DNA of 64,000 nucleotides from an uncultured bacterium (GTDB taxonomy: Bacteria > Omnitrophota > Omnitrophia > Omnitrophales > Aquincolibacteriaceae): positions 23,824 to 87,823 of the forward strand of contig CAYZYT010000004.1 of assembly GCA_964482725.1 (NCBI GenBank), given 5' to 3'. The notes under the pieces are model-generated. The model did not search any database. It saw nothing but the letters and a program-made list of their open reading frames with translations, and had not been told where the DNA came from. Positions 11,026-20,146 of the stretch are shown piece by piece. A program made the position numbers and the translations under genes. How positions within the stretch are numbered: the stretch's first letter is position 1; every line of letters begins with the position of its first letter.

Positions 11026-11391
11026 GGGGTGGGCTCCTTTTTAAAATGAACCCCGCCGCATTCTTGTGAATGCGAGAGACGGGGTAAATTTAATTTGCCA
11101 GCGATGTGTGGCGAAAGATGTGAACTGGGATAGCGTGAAAATCTTTGAAGGGAGTGATGGATTACATTTTTTTAAAATGGGAATCGTCCTTTTAAATCTT
11201 TAAGAATGTTTCGTCTATAATATTTCTCATAAAGACTTCGTAATCTCAAACCGCACTACGTCTCTGTAGATACGGCAAAGGACAAATAATCTGAAGCGGC
11301 TGAATTCTATACCCGGTCTATAGAGACACGCAACTCTTTTTATCCCTTTTTATCCCTTCCCCGCGGACCCCTCAGAGGCTGCGCGCCTTGT

Positions 11392-11745
11392 CAGGGACAG
11401 GTCTGCTTCGCATCCTTAGACCAGTCCCTAAAAAACAAAGGTGACAATCACCGGCAAAAGCGACTGCCACCGGCGTACCAACAGGGACAGGTCTGTTATT
11501 CCTTCCAAGACCTGTCCCTAATTACTTCCAAAACCAGTCCTGAATCCCCAGGGACAGGTCTGCTTCGCAGTCTTAGACCAGTCCCTAAAAAACAAAGGCG
11601 ACAATCACCGGCAAAAGAGACTGCCACCGGCGTACCAACAGGGACAGGTCTGTTATTCCTTCCAAGACCTGTCCCTAATTACTTCCAAAACCAGTCCTGA
11701 ATCCCCAGGGACAGGTCTGCTTCGCATTCCTAGACCTGTCCCCGG
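11392..11745. repeat. 157-bp tandem repeat (copies at 11392, 11549 and a partial copy at 11706); each unit holds two hairpins with 12-nt arms AGGGACAGGTCT / AGACC(A/T)GTCCCT and 12-13-nt loops
   Basis: Direct reading gives a period of exactly 157 bp and about 97 percent identity between copies. Five hairpins lie at 11393-11429, 11483-11519, 11550-11586, 11640-11676 and 11707-11743. Confidence 0.85.
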
Positions 11746-12024
11746 AAAAACAACGGTGGCGGGGAAGAAAACAGGATCCGCCCTGTTTCAAAAATTTTTC
11801 GCTCCCTTGGATTTAATCGCCCGTGGTACAGATGATTAAGCAAGATAGAGCTTTATAGTATTCGCTAGGCCAAAAAAATACTTACTAAACCACCCTCATT
11901 TGCTTTTTTCCTATTCGCCAGATATACTTCCTTCAGAGATAAAGAAAGTGGAACGCGCTATTACGACCGAAGTCTTTGGAAAACGCACTGCAGCTCGATC
12001 GCTCTTTTTGAAAGGGGTTTGGGT

Positions 12025-12477
12025 ATGCGAACAGAAACCTTGGGCTTTAAAATGAAAGCACCTATGGAAAAAGTCACCCCTGTAAAAAAAAATCCTTCCA
12101 AGCAAAAAAGAATCCTCATCATCGAAGACGAATATAGCGCCAGCAAGTTCCTGACCATGCGGTTAAAAAACCTCGGCTTCACGGTTTCCGCCGCTTTCGA
12201 CGGCATGACCGGCCTTAAAGAAGCGACCGAAACGATCCCCGACCTTATTATTCTCGACCTGATGATCCCCAAACTTCCCGGCGAAGAGGTCTGCAAAACA
12301 CTCCGCGAAAGTTTCGATGAAAGGCTTGTGAAGATCCCCATCATCATGCTGACCGGCAAGGATTCGATGGTCGACAAGATCCTTGGCAAGGTCATCGGGG
12401 CCGATGCTTATTTGACAAAACCTTATGAATTTAGCGATCTTTTAGAGGTGATCAAAAAAATTCTTCCAGATGCCTAG
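12025..12477 (+). CDS. Stand-alone response regulator receiver (CheY-like REC domain only)
   Basis: REC motifs are present: ILIIEDE, DLIILDLMIP, IIMLTGKD and the conserved Lys in YLTKPY. ATG at 12025 has AAAGGGG 10 nt upstream. The ORF track start at 12019 is a TTG. Confidence 0.85.
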   Translation: MRTETLGFKMKAPMEKVTPVKKNPSKQKRILIIEDEYSASKFLTMRLKNLGFTVSAAFDGMTGLKEATETIPDLIILDLMIPKLPGEEVCKTLRESFDERLVKIPIIMLTGKDSMVDKILGKVIGADAYLTKPYEFSDLLEVIKKILPDA

Positions 12478-12535
12478 GTTTTGAAAACAAGGAAATCCCG
12501 GGAAAAGATCCCGGCTCGGAAAAGAGGTCGTGGAG

Positions 12536-14227
12536 ATGGACCAGGAAAAGTTCTCACAGCCCGGGTTGAAGATCCTCCTCGTCGAAGATGATCAGGAATT
12601 CGCGGATATCCTCAGGATCCGCCTCAGCAAAGAAACGAATCCCCCGCTCGAGATCACCTGTGCCCCAACCCTGCAGCAAGCCCTTGAAGCCCTGAATGAA
12701 ACGACTTGGGACCTCGTCCTGCTGGATCTGATGCTTCCGGATTCCTCGGGCATCCAGACCTTTACCACATTCCATGCCCAGGCCCGGCACACCCCGATCG
12801 TGATCATGAGCGGCCTGGATAGCGATAGCCTTGCGATCGATGCGGTCCGCAAAGGAGCCGAAGATTATCTGGTCAAGGGCGAGCTTAATTCCAGGCTCTT
12901 GCTCCGCATTCTGCATCACGCCATTGACCGCCACCGGATCAAGGAAAAGCTCGCTTCCGTCACGGGTCGCCTGAGAGACACGAATTTGAAGCTCGAGAAG
13001 ATGGCACTTTTGGATCCCCTGACGTCGCTTTACAACCGTCGAGGACTCCAGCAGGCCTTCCGGCGCGAAACCCAGATCCTTGCGCGCGAAGGCGGGAACC
13101 TCATGGTCTTGATCCTGGATATCGATGATTTCAAGAAGATAAATGATTCTCTGGGCCATCCGGTCGGAGATATCCTCCTTAAAGAAACCGCTAAAAAGAT
13201 CCAGGATTCTGTGCGTGCCTCAGACCACGTGGCAAGAGTCGGCGGCGATGAATTTATCTTGTTGCTCCCCAGGACCCAGCTCGCGGAAGGCCTCCGCCTC
13301 GCGGAACGGCTTCGTTTCGCGGTATCGAGCACCACGATCACCGTTTCGGAAAAAGAAACCCTCAGGATCACTGCGAGTTTCGGGTTGGCGCCTGTGCCGA
13401 GTCATGTGACCTCGGTCGATGATCTCCTGTCCATCTCCGACCCTTTTTTGAGACAAAGCAAGAACGAAGGAAAGAACCGGATCTCCTTCCCGCAGGCGGA
13501 AGGTCAGGGACACGAGATCGAAATGTCGGATTCGCAGCACATGACGGAACTCATGCGCGGCGGCAACGATTTCTTTGCCTTGAAACAACCGATCCTGCGC
13601 CTTGCGGATCAATCCGTAGTCGGCTACGAATTCCTCTCGCGCCTCAAGAACAGCGGGATCCACACCCCCGATGAGTTCTTCCGCGTCGCGCTGGAAAACA
13701 ACATGCTTACCTTGGTGGACCATCATTGTTTTCGCTCCTGTATTTCTGCTTCCGCCGCGCTTCCCCCCAAAATGCACCGGCATATCAACCTTTTCCCGGC
13801 CACGATCATTGATCTTGCGGTCGAAGAGCTTGTCGAAAAACTGGCGCTCAATTGCCCGGCCCAGAGCTATTGTCTGGAGATCAGCGAGCAACAGATCCTC
13901 GGAGAGCCCTCCCACTTGATCGGCCCGATCGAAGAGCTCAAACGTTACGGCATTTCAATCGCCGTTGATGATGTGGGGTTCGGTAATACCTGCCTCGAGA
14001 GCCTTATCCTTCTCGAGCCGGATGTGATCAAGATCGACAAAAAATACGTCATCGGGATCGCCCAAGACCCGCACATGGAGCGTTCGCTCCGCCGCACGCT
14101 CAAGGTCGCGGAGGATTTGAACGCTGAAGTGATCGCCGAAGGCATTGAAACCCAGGAAGACCTCGACAAACTCAAAGAGCTCGGGGTCCGATACGGTCAG
14201 GGTTTCTATCTCGGGATGCCCGCTTAG
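12536..14227 (+). CDS. Response regulator with REC-GGDEF-EAL architecture (c-di-GMP turnover protein)
   Basis: N-terminal REC (KILLVEDD...LLDLMLPD). GGDEF domain with RVGGDEFILLL. EAL domain with EFLSRL, DDVGFGNTCLESL, KIDKKYV and AEGIETQE. ATG at 12536 has AAGAGG 8 nt upstream. Confidence 0.85.
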   Translation: MDQEKFSQPGLKILLVEDDQEFADILRIRLSKETNPPLEITCAPTLQQALEALNETTWDLVLLDLMLPDSSGIQTFTTFHAQARHTPIVIMSGLDSDSLAIDAVRKGAEDYLVKGELNSRLLLRILHHAIDRHRIKEKLASVTGRLRDTNLKLEKMALLDPLTSLYNRRGLQQAFRRETQILAREGGNLMVLILDIDDFKKINDSLGHPVGDILLKETAKKIQDSVRASDHVARVGGDEFILLLPRTQLAEGLRLAERLRFAVSSTTITVSEKETLRITASFGLAPVPSHVTSVDDLLSISDPFLRQSKNEGKNRISFPQAEGQGHEIEMSDSQHMTELMRGGNDFFALKQPILRLADQSVVGYEFLSRLKNSGIHTPDEFFRVALENNMLTLVDHHCFRSCISASAALPPKMHRHINLFPATIIDLAVEELVEKLALNCPAQSYCLEISEQQILGEPSHLIGPIEELKRYGISIAVDDVGFGNTCLESLILLEPDVIKIDKKYVIGIAQDPHMERSLRRTLKVAEDLNAEVIAEGIETQEDLDKLKELGVRYGQGFYLGMPA

Positions 14228-14230
14228 ACC

Positions 14231-16519
14231 ATGCCCCAAAAAGACGCAGCGAGCGCCCAGACCACCCGCGAAAAAACAGCCTCGGTCCTTTATTCGACCC
14301 GGGTAAAGTTCCTGCTTGCTTTCATCCTCCTCGCGAGCTTTACCGTCGGAACCTTCCTCGCCATGCACCAGGAGATCCGTCACACGGAACGCAGCGCGAC
14401 GGTCATCAGCTTCTTGGAAAACCAGTACAACCAGATCCAGAAGGCCACCTTCTTTTCAACCGCTTATGCCCAGTCGATGGACGTGGAGGAACGGAAAACT
14501 CTCCGCATCAACGCCCATGAAGCGCTGGCCTCTTTGCTTGTCTTCGGCACGACTTCCAACGACATTATTTCAAGCAAAACACAACTGCCGCTGGAACTCA
14601 TCCCCACGCTCCGCGAGCTGTATTTTTCTTCTTCGGCCCCTCTGAACCGGGAAGTGGAGGAATATTTTTCCACTTTAAAAAAATTCCTTATGAGCTCTCC
14701 GATCCGGGTTCGCCTGGACAACGCGCAATTGCTGGCGTTTCAGGGGAAAAGCGACCAACTCCTCGACTCGTTACGTTCCACGATTGAGAAATTCCAAAAA
14801 AAAACCGGGGCGAAGATCACCGCCCTTAAAAATCTCGATCTGGGTCTTTTCTGCTTCAACCTGTTGTCCCTCGTTTTGGTCGGCCTGTTGGTTTTCCTGC
14901 CAACGCTTCGCAGTCTCGGCCTTTTCCTCCATCGCCTTGAAAACATGAACGCGGCGCTGGAGGTCAAGGTCTCGGAAAGGACCGCGGAGCTCGAACAAAA
15001 AACGCGGCAACTTATCCTCGGCAACGAAGAGCTTCGCGAGCAGATCGATGAGCGGATCCGGATCGAAAGAGAGCTCCGGCAAGCCAACACCTTCTTAGAC
15101 TCGGTCATCGAGAACATCCCGAACATGCTCTTCATCAAAGACGCCTCCGAATTGCGCTTCGTGCGTTTCAACCGCGCGGGGGAGGACCTTTTGGGATACA
15201 AGCGCGAAGATCTCCTAGGGAAAAATGATTTTTCTTTTTTTGCTAAAAATGAGGCGGATTTTTTTATCGAAAAAGACAGGGAGGCTCTTCGTTCTCAGGT
15301 GATGTTGGAGATCCAGGAAGAGACGATCCACACTCAAAAAAAGGGCGTTCGGATCCTGCACACTAAAAAGATCCCGATCCTGGACTCGCAGGGAAAACCT
15401 TCCTATCTGCTCGGGATCTCGGAAGACATTACGGAAAAGATCCAAACAGAACATCAGCTGCGCGAATTCTCCATGGCCATGGAGAACGCCCTCGACGGCA
15501 TCGCGCGGCTGGATCCCAACAAAAAGTTCTTAAGCGCTAACAGGGCCTACGCCGCCATGATGGGCTATGCCCCGGAGGAACTGGTAGGGCTGAACCGCAT
15601 GTCGACGATCTGCCCGGAGGATTCCGGCAAGGCGCTTGCCGCTTTTGAAAAAATGCTCGTCGAGGGAAAAGCAGAAGCGGAGGTCAAGGCCCTCCGGAAA
15701 GACGGCTCGATCTTCCATCAATATATCGTTCTTGTCAAAAATATGGACAAAGGCCAGAAGTTTGACGGTTTTTACTGTTTTGCAAAAGACGTGACGGAGC
15801 GTAAATATCAGGAATCTCTCGAGATCAAAGCCGATCTGATCCAGATGGTCTCTCATGAGCTCCGCACGCCGATCCATTCGGTCAAAGAAGGTTTGAGCAT
15901 CGTCCTGGAAGGGCTCACGGGGGAGATCACTCCCGAGCAAAAAGAAGTGCTGAATATCTCCAAGCGATGCGTCGACCGGCTGGTGCGCCTTGTCAATGAT
16001 GTGCTCGCCTTCCATAAGCTTGAGGCCGGCGTGATCGAATTTCACATGAAAAAAGAAAACCTGACCCGGATGATTGAGGAGGTGGGCACCTCGATGCGTC
16101 CCTTGGTGGAGAACAAGAACCTCTCGTTAAAGCTGGCGCTCCAAAAGGATCTTCCGGAGATCGAGCTGGATCGCGACAAGATCGTTCAAGTCCTCACGAA
16201 TTTTTTACAGAACGCCATTAAGTTCACGCTTCAGGGCGAGATCACGATCACCTCCTCCTTGAACGCCGACGGAGTGAGGGTCTCGATCAAAGACACGGGG
16301 ATCGGCATTCAGAAAAAAGATGTCCCGAAGCTCTTCCGGAAATTCGGGCAGCTCGAATCCGCGAAACTTGTTGCGCCGGGCGGCACGGGGCTGGGACTTG
16401 CCATCTCCAAGATGCTCGTGGAACGGCACCATGGAAAGATCGAGATAGAATCAGAATACAAAAAAGGCAGCGCCTTTTCCTTCCTGCTCCCGCTGGAACA
16501 ACCCAAGTCCTCCAAATAA
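14231..16519 (+). CDS. Membrane sensor histidine kinase: two TM helices flanking a ~155-aa periplasmic domain, coiled coil, two PAS domains, HisKA and HATPase_c
   Basis: H-box MVSHELRTPIHSV. G-boxes GTGLGLAISKMLVERHHGKIEIESE and DTGIGI. TM segments FLLAFILLASFTVGTFLAM and LFCFNLLSLVLVGLLVFL. The ATG is 3 nt after the stop of the upstream gene, consistent with operon coupling. Confidence 0.85.
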   Translation: MPQKDAASAQTTREKTASVLYSTRVKFLLAFILLASFTVGTFLAMHQEIRHTERSATVISFLENQYNQIQKATFFSTAYAQSMDVEERKTLRINAHEALASLLVFGTTSNDIISSKTQLPLELIPTLRELYFSSSAPLNREVEEYFSTLKKFLMSSPIRVRLDNAQLLAFQGKSDQLLDSLRSTIEKFQKKTGAKITALKNLDLGLFCFNLLSLVLVGLLVFLPTLRSLGLFLHRLENMNAALEVKVSERTAELEQKTRQLILGNEELREQIDERIRIERELRQANTFLDSVIENIPNMLFIKDASELRFVRFNRAGEDLLGYKREDLLGKNDFSFFAKNEADFFIEKDREALRSQVMLEIQEETIHTQKKGVRILHTKKIPILDSQGKPSYLLGISEDITEKIQTEHQLREFSMAMENALDGIARLDPNKKFLSANRAYAAMMGYAPEELVGLNRMSTICPEDSGKALAAFEKMLVEGKAEAEVKALRKDGSIFHQYIVLVKNMDKGQKFDGFYCFAKDVTERKYQESLEIKADLIQMVSHELRTPIHSVKEGLSIVLEGLTGEITPEQKEVLNISKRCVDRLVRLVNDVLAFHKLEAGVIEFHMKKENLTRMIEEVGTSMRPLVENKNLSLKLALQKDLPEIELDRDKIVQVLTNFLQNAIKFTLQGEITITSSLNADGVRVSIKDTGIGIQKKDVPKLFRKFGQLESAKLVAPGGTGLGLAISKMLVERHHGKIEIESEYKKGSAFSFLLPLEQPKSSK

Positions 16520-16676
16520 AGGGACGGTTCTCGCCAACCCCTTGAAATCCAAGAAGATACGAAAGAACTGTCCCCTATTATGGGTTTTCTTTGAAAACCG
16601 TTTCTCTGGGGACAGGTCTGCTGTAACTTATTGTGAACCGGAGGGTTAGCGAGAACCGTCCCTGGGTGGGGGGGGG
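16520..16676. repeat. Convergent-terminator region: perfect 15-bp long-range inverted repeat (AGGGACGGTTCTCGC at 16520-16534 and GCGAGAACCGTCCCT at 16649-16663), an internal copy of the 14-mer GGGACAGGTCTGCT (16609-16622) shared with the 157-bp array, and a G9 tract (16668-16676)
   Basis: Read directly. It lies between the stop of the histidine kinase (16519) and the stop of the convergent minus-strand gene (16677). Confidence 0.6.
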
Positions 16677-18330
16677 CTAATCTTCGTGACGGATCCCCTG
16701 AACGCCCGCGGCATTCAAAAGGAGCGTAACGGCAGGACTTGATTTTTGGGAACCCACTTGTCCGACGCGAAGAAGGATCTTGGCCTCACCCTTCGCGGGG
16801 ATCCATGCGGGTTGAATATCAAAAAAAGTTTCTTTGGTTTCAATTTGCGCGCACTTTTCTTTTCGCCCGTCGCTCATCACTTCCAAGCGATAGACCGTCC
16901 CCTCTTTGGGGGCAACGCCCTGCTCAACCGCCAAATCCTTGAAGGATAATTTCCCTCCGGAGAATGAAAATCCATCCAGCGGATTGACGCGAGAAAACCA
17001 GTAACGAACGATCCTGTCACGCCGCTCGATCAGGGTCTTGGCAATAGTCTCTGCGTCTTTGGCGTCGCTATATTGCCCAGCCTTGACCACCGCCCGGATA
17101 TCCTCATCCGAAAAGCTCAGCAGAATTTTCGCGGCCCAAAATCCATCGGCACGGGTCACGAGCCGGAACGATTCATAGGGAAATTGCGCTTTATAGCGCG
17201 CCGGGTCAAAAAGTTCGTTGTTAAAATAACCCACGGCCGGAGACGCCTGGATCTTTTCACCCGCCAGACGCCATTTTTTCTGCCAGGGTTTCTCCCAAAA
17301 CCCTAAGGCCAGGATCGCTTTGGAGGTCTCTCCATAATCGACCACGTATTCATAACCCAACATCGGCACCTTCGGACCTTCCTGCGTCGCGCCCAGGGCT
17401 CCGTTAAAATCAGCCAGGTAATGCTTCATCACGACCTGACCGTTCTCCTCGACCGACATTTCCAAGGTGTCGCTTTCCCGGAGATCATAATGGTTCAACC
17501 AGGAGGCGAAGATCCCCAGCGCCCTGAGCTCCCGGCGATCGCGATGGTTCACCAGGTCCGCGGGATCATCCTTCCGTCGGGATTCGAAACTGAAGATCCC
17601 GTGATAGTTCCCTTTCATGATCTTGCACGCCGAAGCCCGGTAAAGACCCGTCTCGTTCTGAGGAAGAACCATCAGGTACTCTTCAAATCGTTTTTGGCTG
17701 AGCTCCTTTTTAAAGCCCGTGTCCTCCCAAGTCGTTGCGGCCGGAGCCACCTGGAACTGATCGGGTTTGATCGAAAGGATCGTGAACTGCGGCACCTCAT
17801 AACCCAAGGCGTAGTAAAACCGGCTGGCAATAACCTCCGCCCCTGTCACCAGTTCCATGTTCCCCTGAGGATCGAATTCCAAAAGATATTCGTCTCCCCG
17901 CGCGTCCTTGACCCAGAACCGGGGATAGATCCCCCGCTGTTCCGCCGCCATAACCTGCAAGGGTTGGCTCATGTCAGGCCCTGCGGTTTCCTGATATCCT
18001 TTTTCAAGAGCTTCCGGGGAGCGTTTCTCGCGGCCCTGCCGATTCACAAAAAATCCGGAATCCGGCACTTCATCAAAAATGTTCACGTTTTTCGAAGGAA
18101 GCTCTTTTCCGGAAAGCTTCCTTCCCCAACGCCCGAGATCGAGTTGGTTGACGCCTTCGCTATAAACATTCTGGTCAAAAAGGTCGCTGTAAAACGAGGA
18201 TTCGCTTTCTTTAAATTTTACTGTCTCGCCGGCCAGAGACATCCCCGCAAATCCGAGCATCCCCGCCCCGAAGACCCAAAGCGCCAGTGTCTGACGCGCT
18301 TGCTTTGTTTTTTTAAGTCGAGTGTTCATG
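16677..18330 (-). CDS. Secreted hypothetical protein with a signal peptide and kinase-like catalytic signatures (FWVK, NHYD, DFNG)
   Basis: ATG at 18330 has AAAGG 8 nt upstream; the track start at 18338 is a GTG. The signal peptide is TLALWVFGAGMLGFAGMSLAGE. The spacing NHYDLRESD ...(20 aa)... ADFNGALG resembles a kinase catalytic loop followed by a DFG motif. Confidence 0.6.
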
Positions 18331-18340
18331 TCTAGCACCT

Positions 18341-19663
18341 TTAGAACGCGAGCTTGTTCTTAACATAGAACCGCGTACCTTCATTGCCGTGAGCGACCGA
18401 GAAATTCAAAAGCGAGTTCCGGGCATAGCTGATATAAAGACCGACACCGTAAGATTCCCGGAGATCTTTCAGCCGGAATTGGTGGATCTTACCGAAGACC
18501 TCTCCCGTATCCGAGAAAAAGGCTGTTTTCACCTTGAACGCTTTGTATTCCATCACGGTGTAGCGATACTCCAGGTTCAGGAGCAAGGCGCTTTGCCCGT
18601 AGAACCGGTTGTAAACAAAAGCCCGTGCTGTTTCGCTGTCCCGCGTATTCGTCCCGGCACCACCCAGTTTTGCCATTTCATAAAAAGGGAGGTTTCCGTC
18701 TATCGTCTCGTTATGTTCGGCAAAGATGCGTGCCACAAAAATGCGGCGGGGGGACGCGAGCCGGAAATATTTCGCCATGTCGATCTGGTACTTTAAAAAA
18801 CGCGCCGGGGAGCCGTTGACGCCGTCGGTGAACCGAAAAAGCAGTTTTTGATAACTCCCTTTCGTGGCCTCATCTTTGCTGTCACGCGTATCGCGTCCCA
18901 GCGTCAGGGAATAGTTCAAGAGATCGTCCCCGCCGATGCCCGGGATATTCTGCCCGGCGAAAATGCCCCGGATATCCCCTTTGCCATCATGGGTCCGGTT
19001 TAAAATATTCACTTTTTTGTAATCAAATCCCGCTTCAAGATCGATCGTGGGAGAGAATTCATAACCGGCCCGCGCGCCCACTTGGGTGGTTTCCATCCTG
19101 TAGGACGTGCCGTTGCCCCTGCTGGTGTGCGGCCCGATACCATAAAAAGGTTCTTTTTGCTGGAGATCATAGTTAAAAATCCCTTTGGTGTGAAACCCGG
19201 TCCCGCCGATCCTCTGCGCTCCGATCTCGGAACCCACCTCAAAAAACACGCTCGGACAATACAAAAGGGTGGTGGTGGCAAAAAAATCGGGGTATTTTTC
19301 TTTCTGCTTCGCCAGGGCTAAAAGATTCAGCTCAGCGCCAAAGAAAGGGAGCGCGCTTAAGTCCGTGAATCCGAAGAGCGGCTTGATCCCTTGTTTGAGC
19401 GATTCTTCGTAAAGCCATATTGTTTTCTTATCAAGCCGGTGGTTTTCGCTAAAAATGATCCCCTGGTCCATGGGCCACTTGATCAGTTTAAAAGGAAGCT
19501 CGATGACCCGTGAAAAAGCGCCTTTAAGGGGTTGGGCGGAAAGAGGCTGGGTGTAAACGGGCGCGTAAAGATCGGCTTTTTTCTCCTCGCCATATCCGAG
19601 AAGAGCGAAGGCGAACAGCCCAAGGCAAAGGAAGCTAAAAATTTTTCTGGCTTTTAGGATCAT
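18341..19663 (-). CDS. Outer-membrane beta-barrel protein, Omp85/BamA-like barrel without obvious POTRA domains (440 aa)
   Basis: Signal peptide MILKARKIFSFLCLGLFAFALLGYG. Alternating amphipathic beta-strand pattern. C-terminus ...YVKNKLAF ends in Phe, as is typical for outer-membrane proteins. The motif KLGGAGTNTR resembles the Omp85 LGG..RG motif. It lies 10 bp upstream of the 16677-18330 gene on the same strand. Confidence 0.5.
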   Translation of the reverse strand: MILKARKIFSFLCLGLFAFALLGYGEEKKADLYAPVYTQPLSAQPLKGAFSRVIELPFKLIKWPMDQGIIFSENHRLDKKTIWLYEESLKQGIKPLFGFTDLSALPFFGAELNLLALAKQKEKYPDFFATTTLLYCPSVFFEVGSEIGAQRIGGTGFHTKGIFNYDLQQKEPFYGIGPHTSRGNGTSYRMETTQVGARAGYEFSPTIDLEAGFDYKKVNILNRTHDGKGDIRGIFAGQNIPGIGGDDLLNYSLTLGRDTRDSKDEATKGSYQKLLFRFTDGVNGSPARFLKYQIDMAKYFRLASPRRIFVARIFAEHNETIDGNLPFYEMAKLGGAGTNTRDSETARAFVYNRFYGQSALLLNLEYRYTVMEYKAFKVKTAFFSDTGEVFGKIHQFRLKDLRESYGVGLYISYARNSLLNFSVAHGNEGTRFYVKNKLAF

Positions 19664-19747
19664 GGCTCAAAATATTCGTGATTGAAAGGCCTTCCGGAAC
19701 TTTCCAAAAAGGAACGGCTGGTATTTTGCACTCTTTGCGTCCGAGAA

Positions 19748-20146
19748 TCAATAGAGTTTGTCTTCTTTTTCAAAAGCGTCCACGATCAGGCGCATCTCGG
19801 GCGCTTGCCCCTCTCGCCAGAGGATCGCCACCACGTCAAAGGCGATGGGGATTTTTTCGAACTTCTTTTCTTTCATATACCACTGGGCCACCTTGAAGAT
19901 CTTTTCTTGTTTTCGAAGGTGGACGGCCTCCTGCGGCATCCCGAATTGGGTGCTCGTTCGCGTTTTGATCTCAACGAAGGCAAGCCGTCCGCGCCGCCGG
20001 GCGATCACATCGATCTCCCCGATCTTGCATTTGAAATTCTTTTCCAGGATCTCGTATCCGTGCTCTTTCAGGAACCCGCAAGCCGCCGCTTCGCCCCGCT
20101 CGCCGAGCGGCGCTCGAAAGGGCCCGGGATGAGGAGTGAGCCTCAC
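19748..20146 (-). CDS. yraN: YraN-family endonuclease (UPF0102)
   Basis: Motifs GERGEAAACGFLKEHGYEIL...GEIDVIA...LAFVEVK-like are typical of YraN. It overlaps the rnhB stop by 4 nt. Confidence 0.75.
   Translation of the reverse strand: MRLTPHPGPFRAPLGERGEAAACGFLKEHGYEILEKNFKCKIGEIDVIARRRGRLAFVEIKTRTSTQFGMPQEAVHLRKQEKIFKVAQWYMKEKKFEKIPIAFDVVAILWREGQAPEMRLIVDAFEKEDKLY

Noticed and set aside
11392-11745. Possible CRISPR array
   Set aside because: The repeat unit is 157 bp and there are no unique spacers. The palindromes are internal to each unit. No cas genes are present in the window.
12554-14383. Overlapping opposite-strand ORFs inside the GGDEF-EAL gene (for example 13220-13915 minus, 231 aa)
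   Set aside because: They lie entirely within a gene with clear domain signatures on the plus strand. No motifs, and typical antisense composition.
17421-18335. 304-aa plus-strand ORF opposite the kinase-like gene
   Set aside because: It is antisense to a gene with a signal peptide and conserved motifs. It has no RBS and an Arg/Pro-rich artefactual composition.
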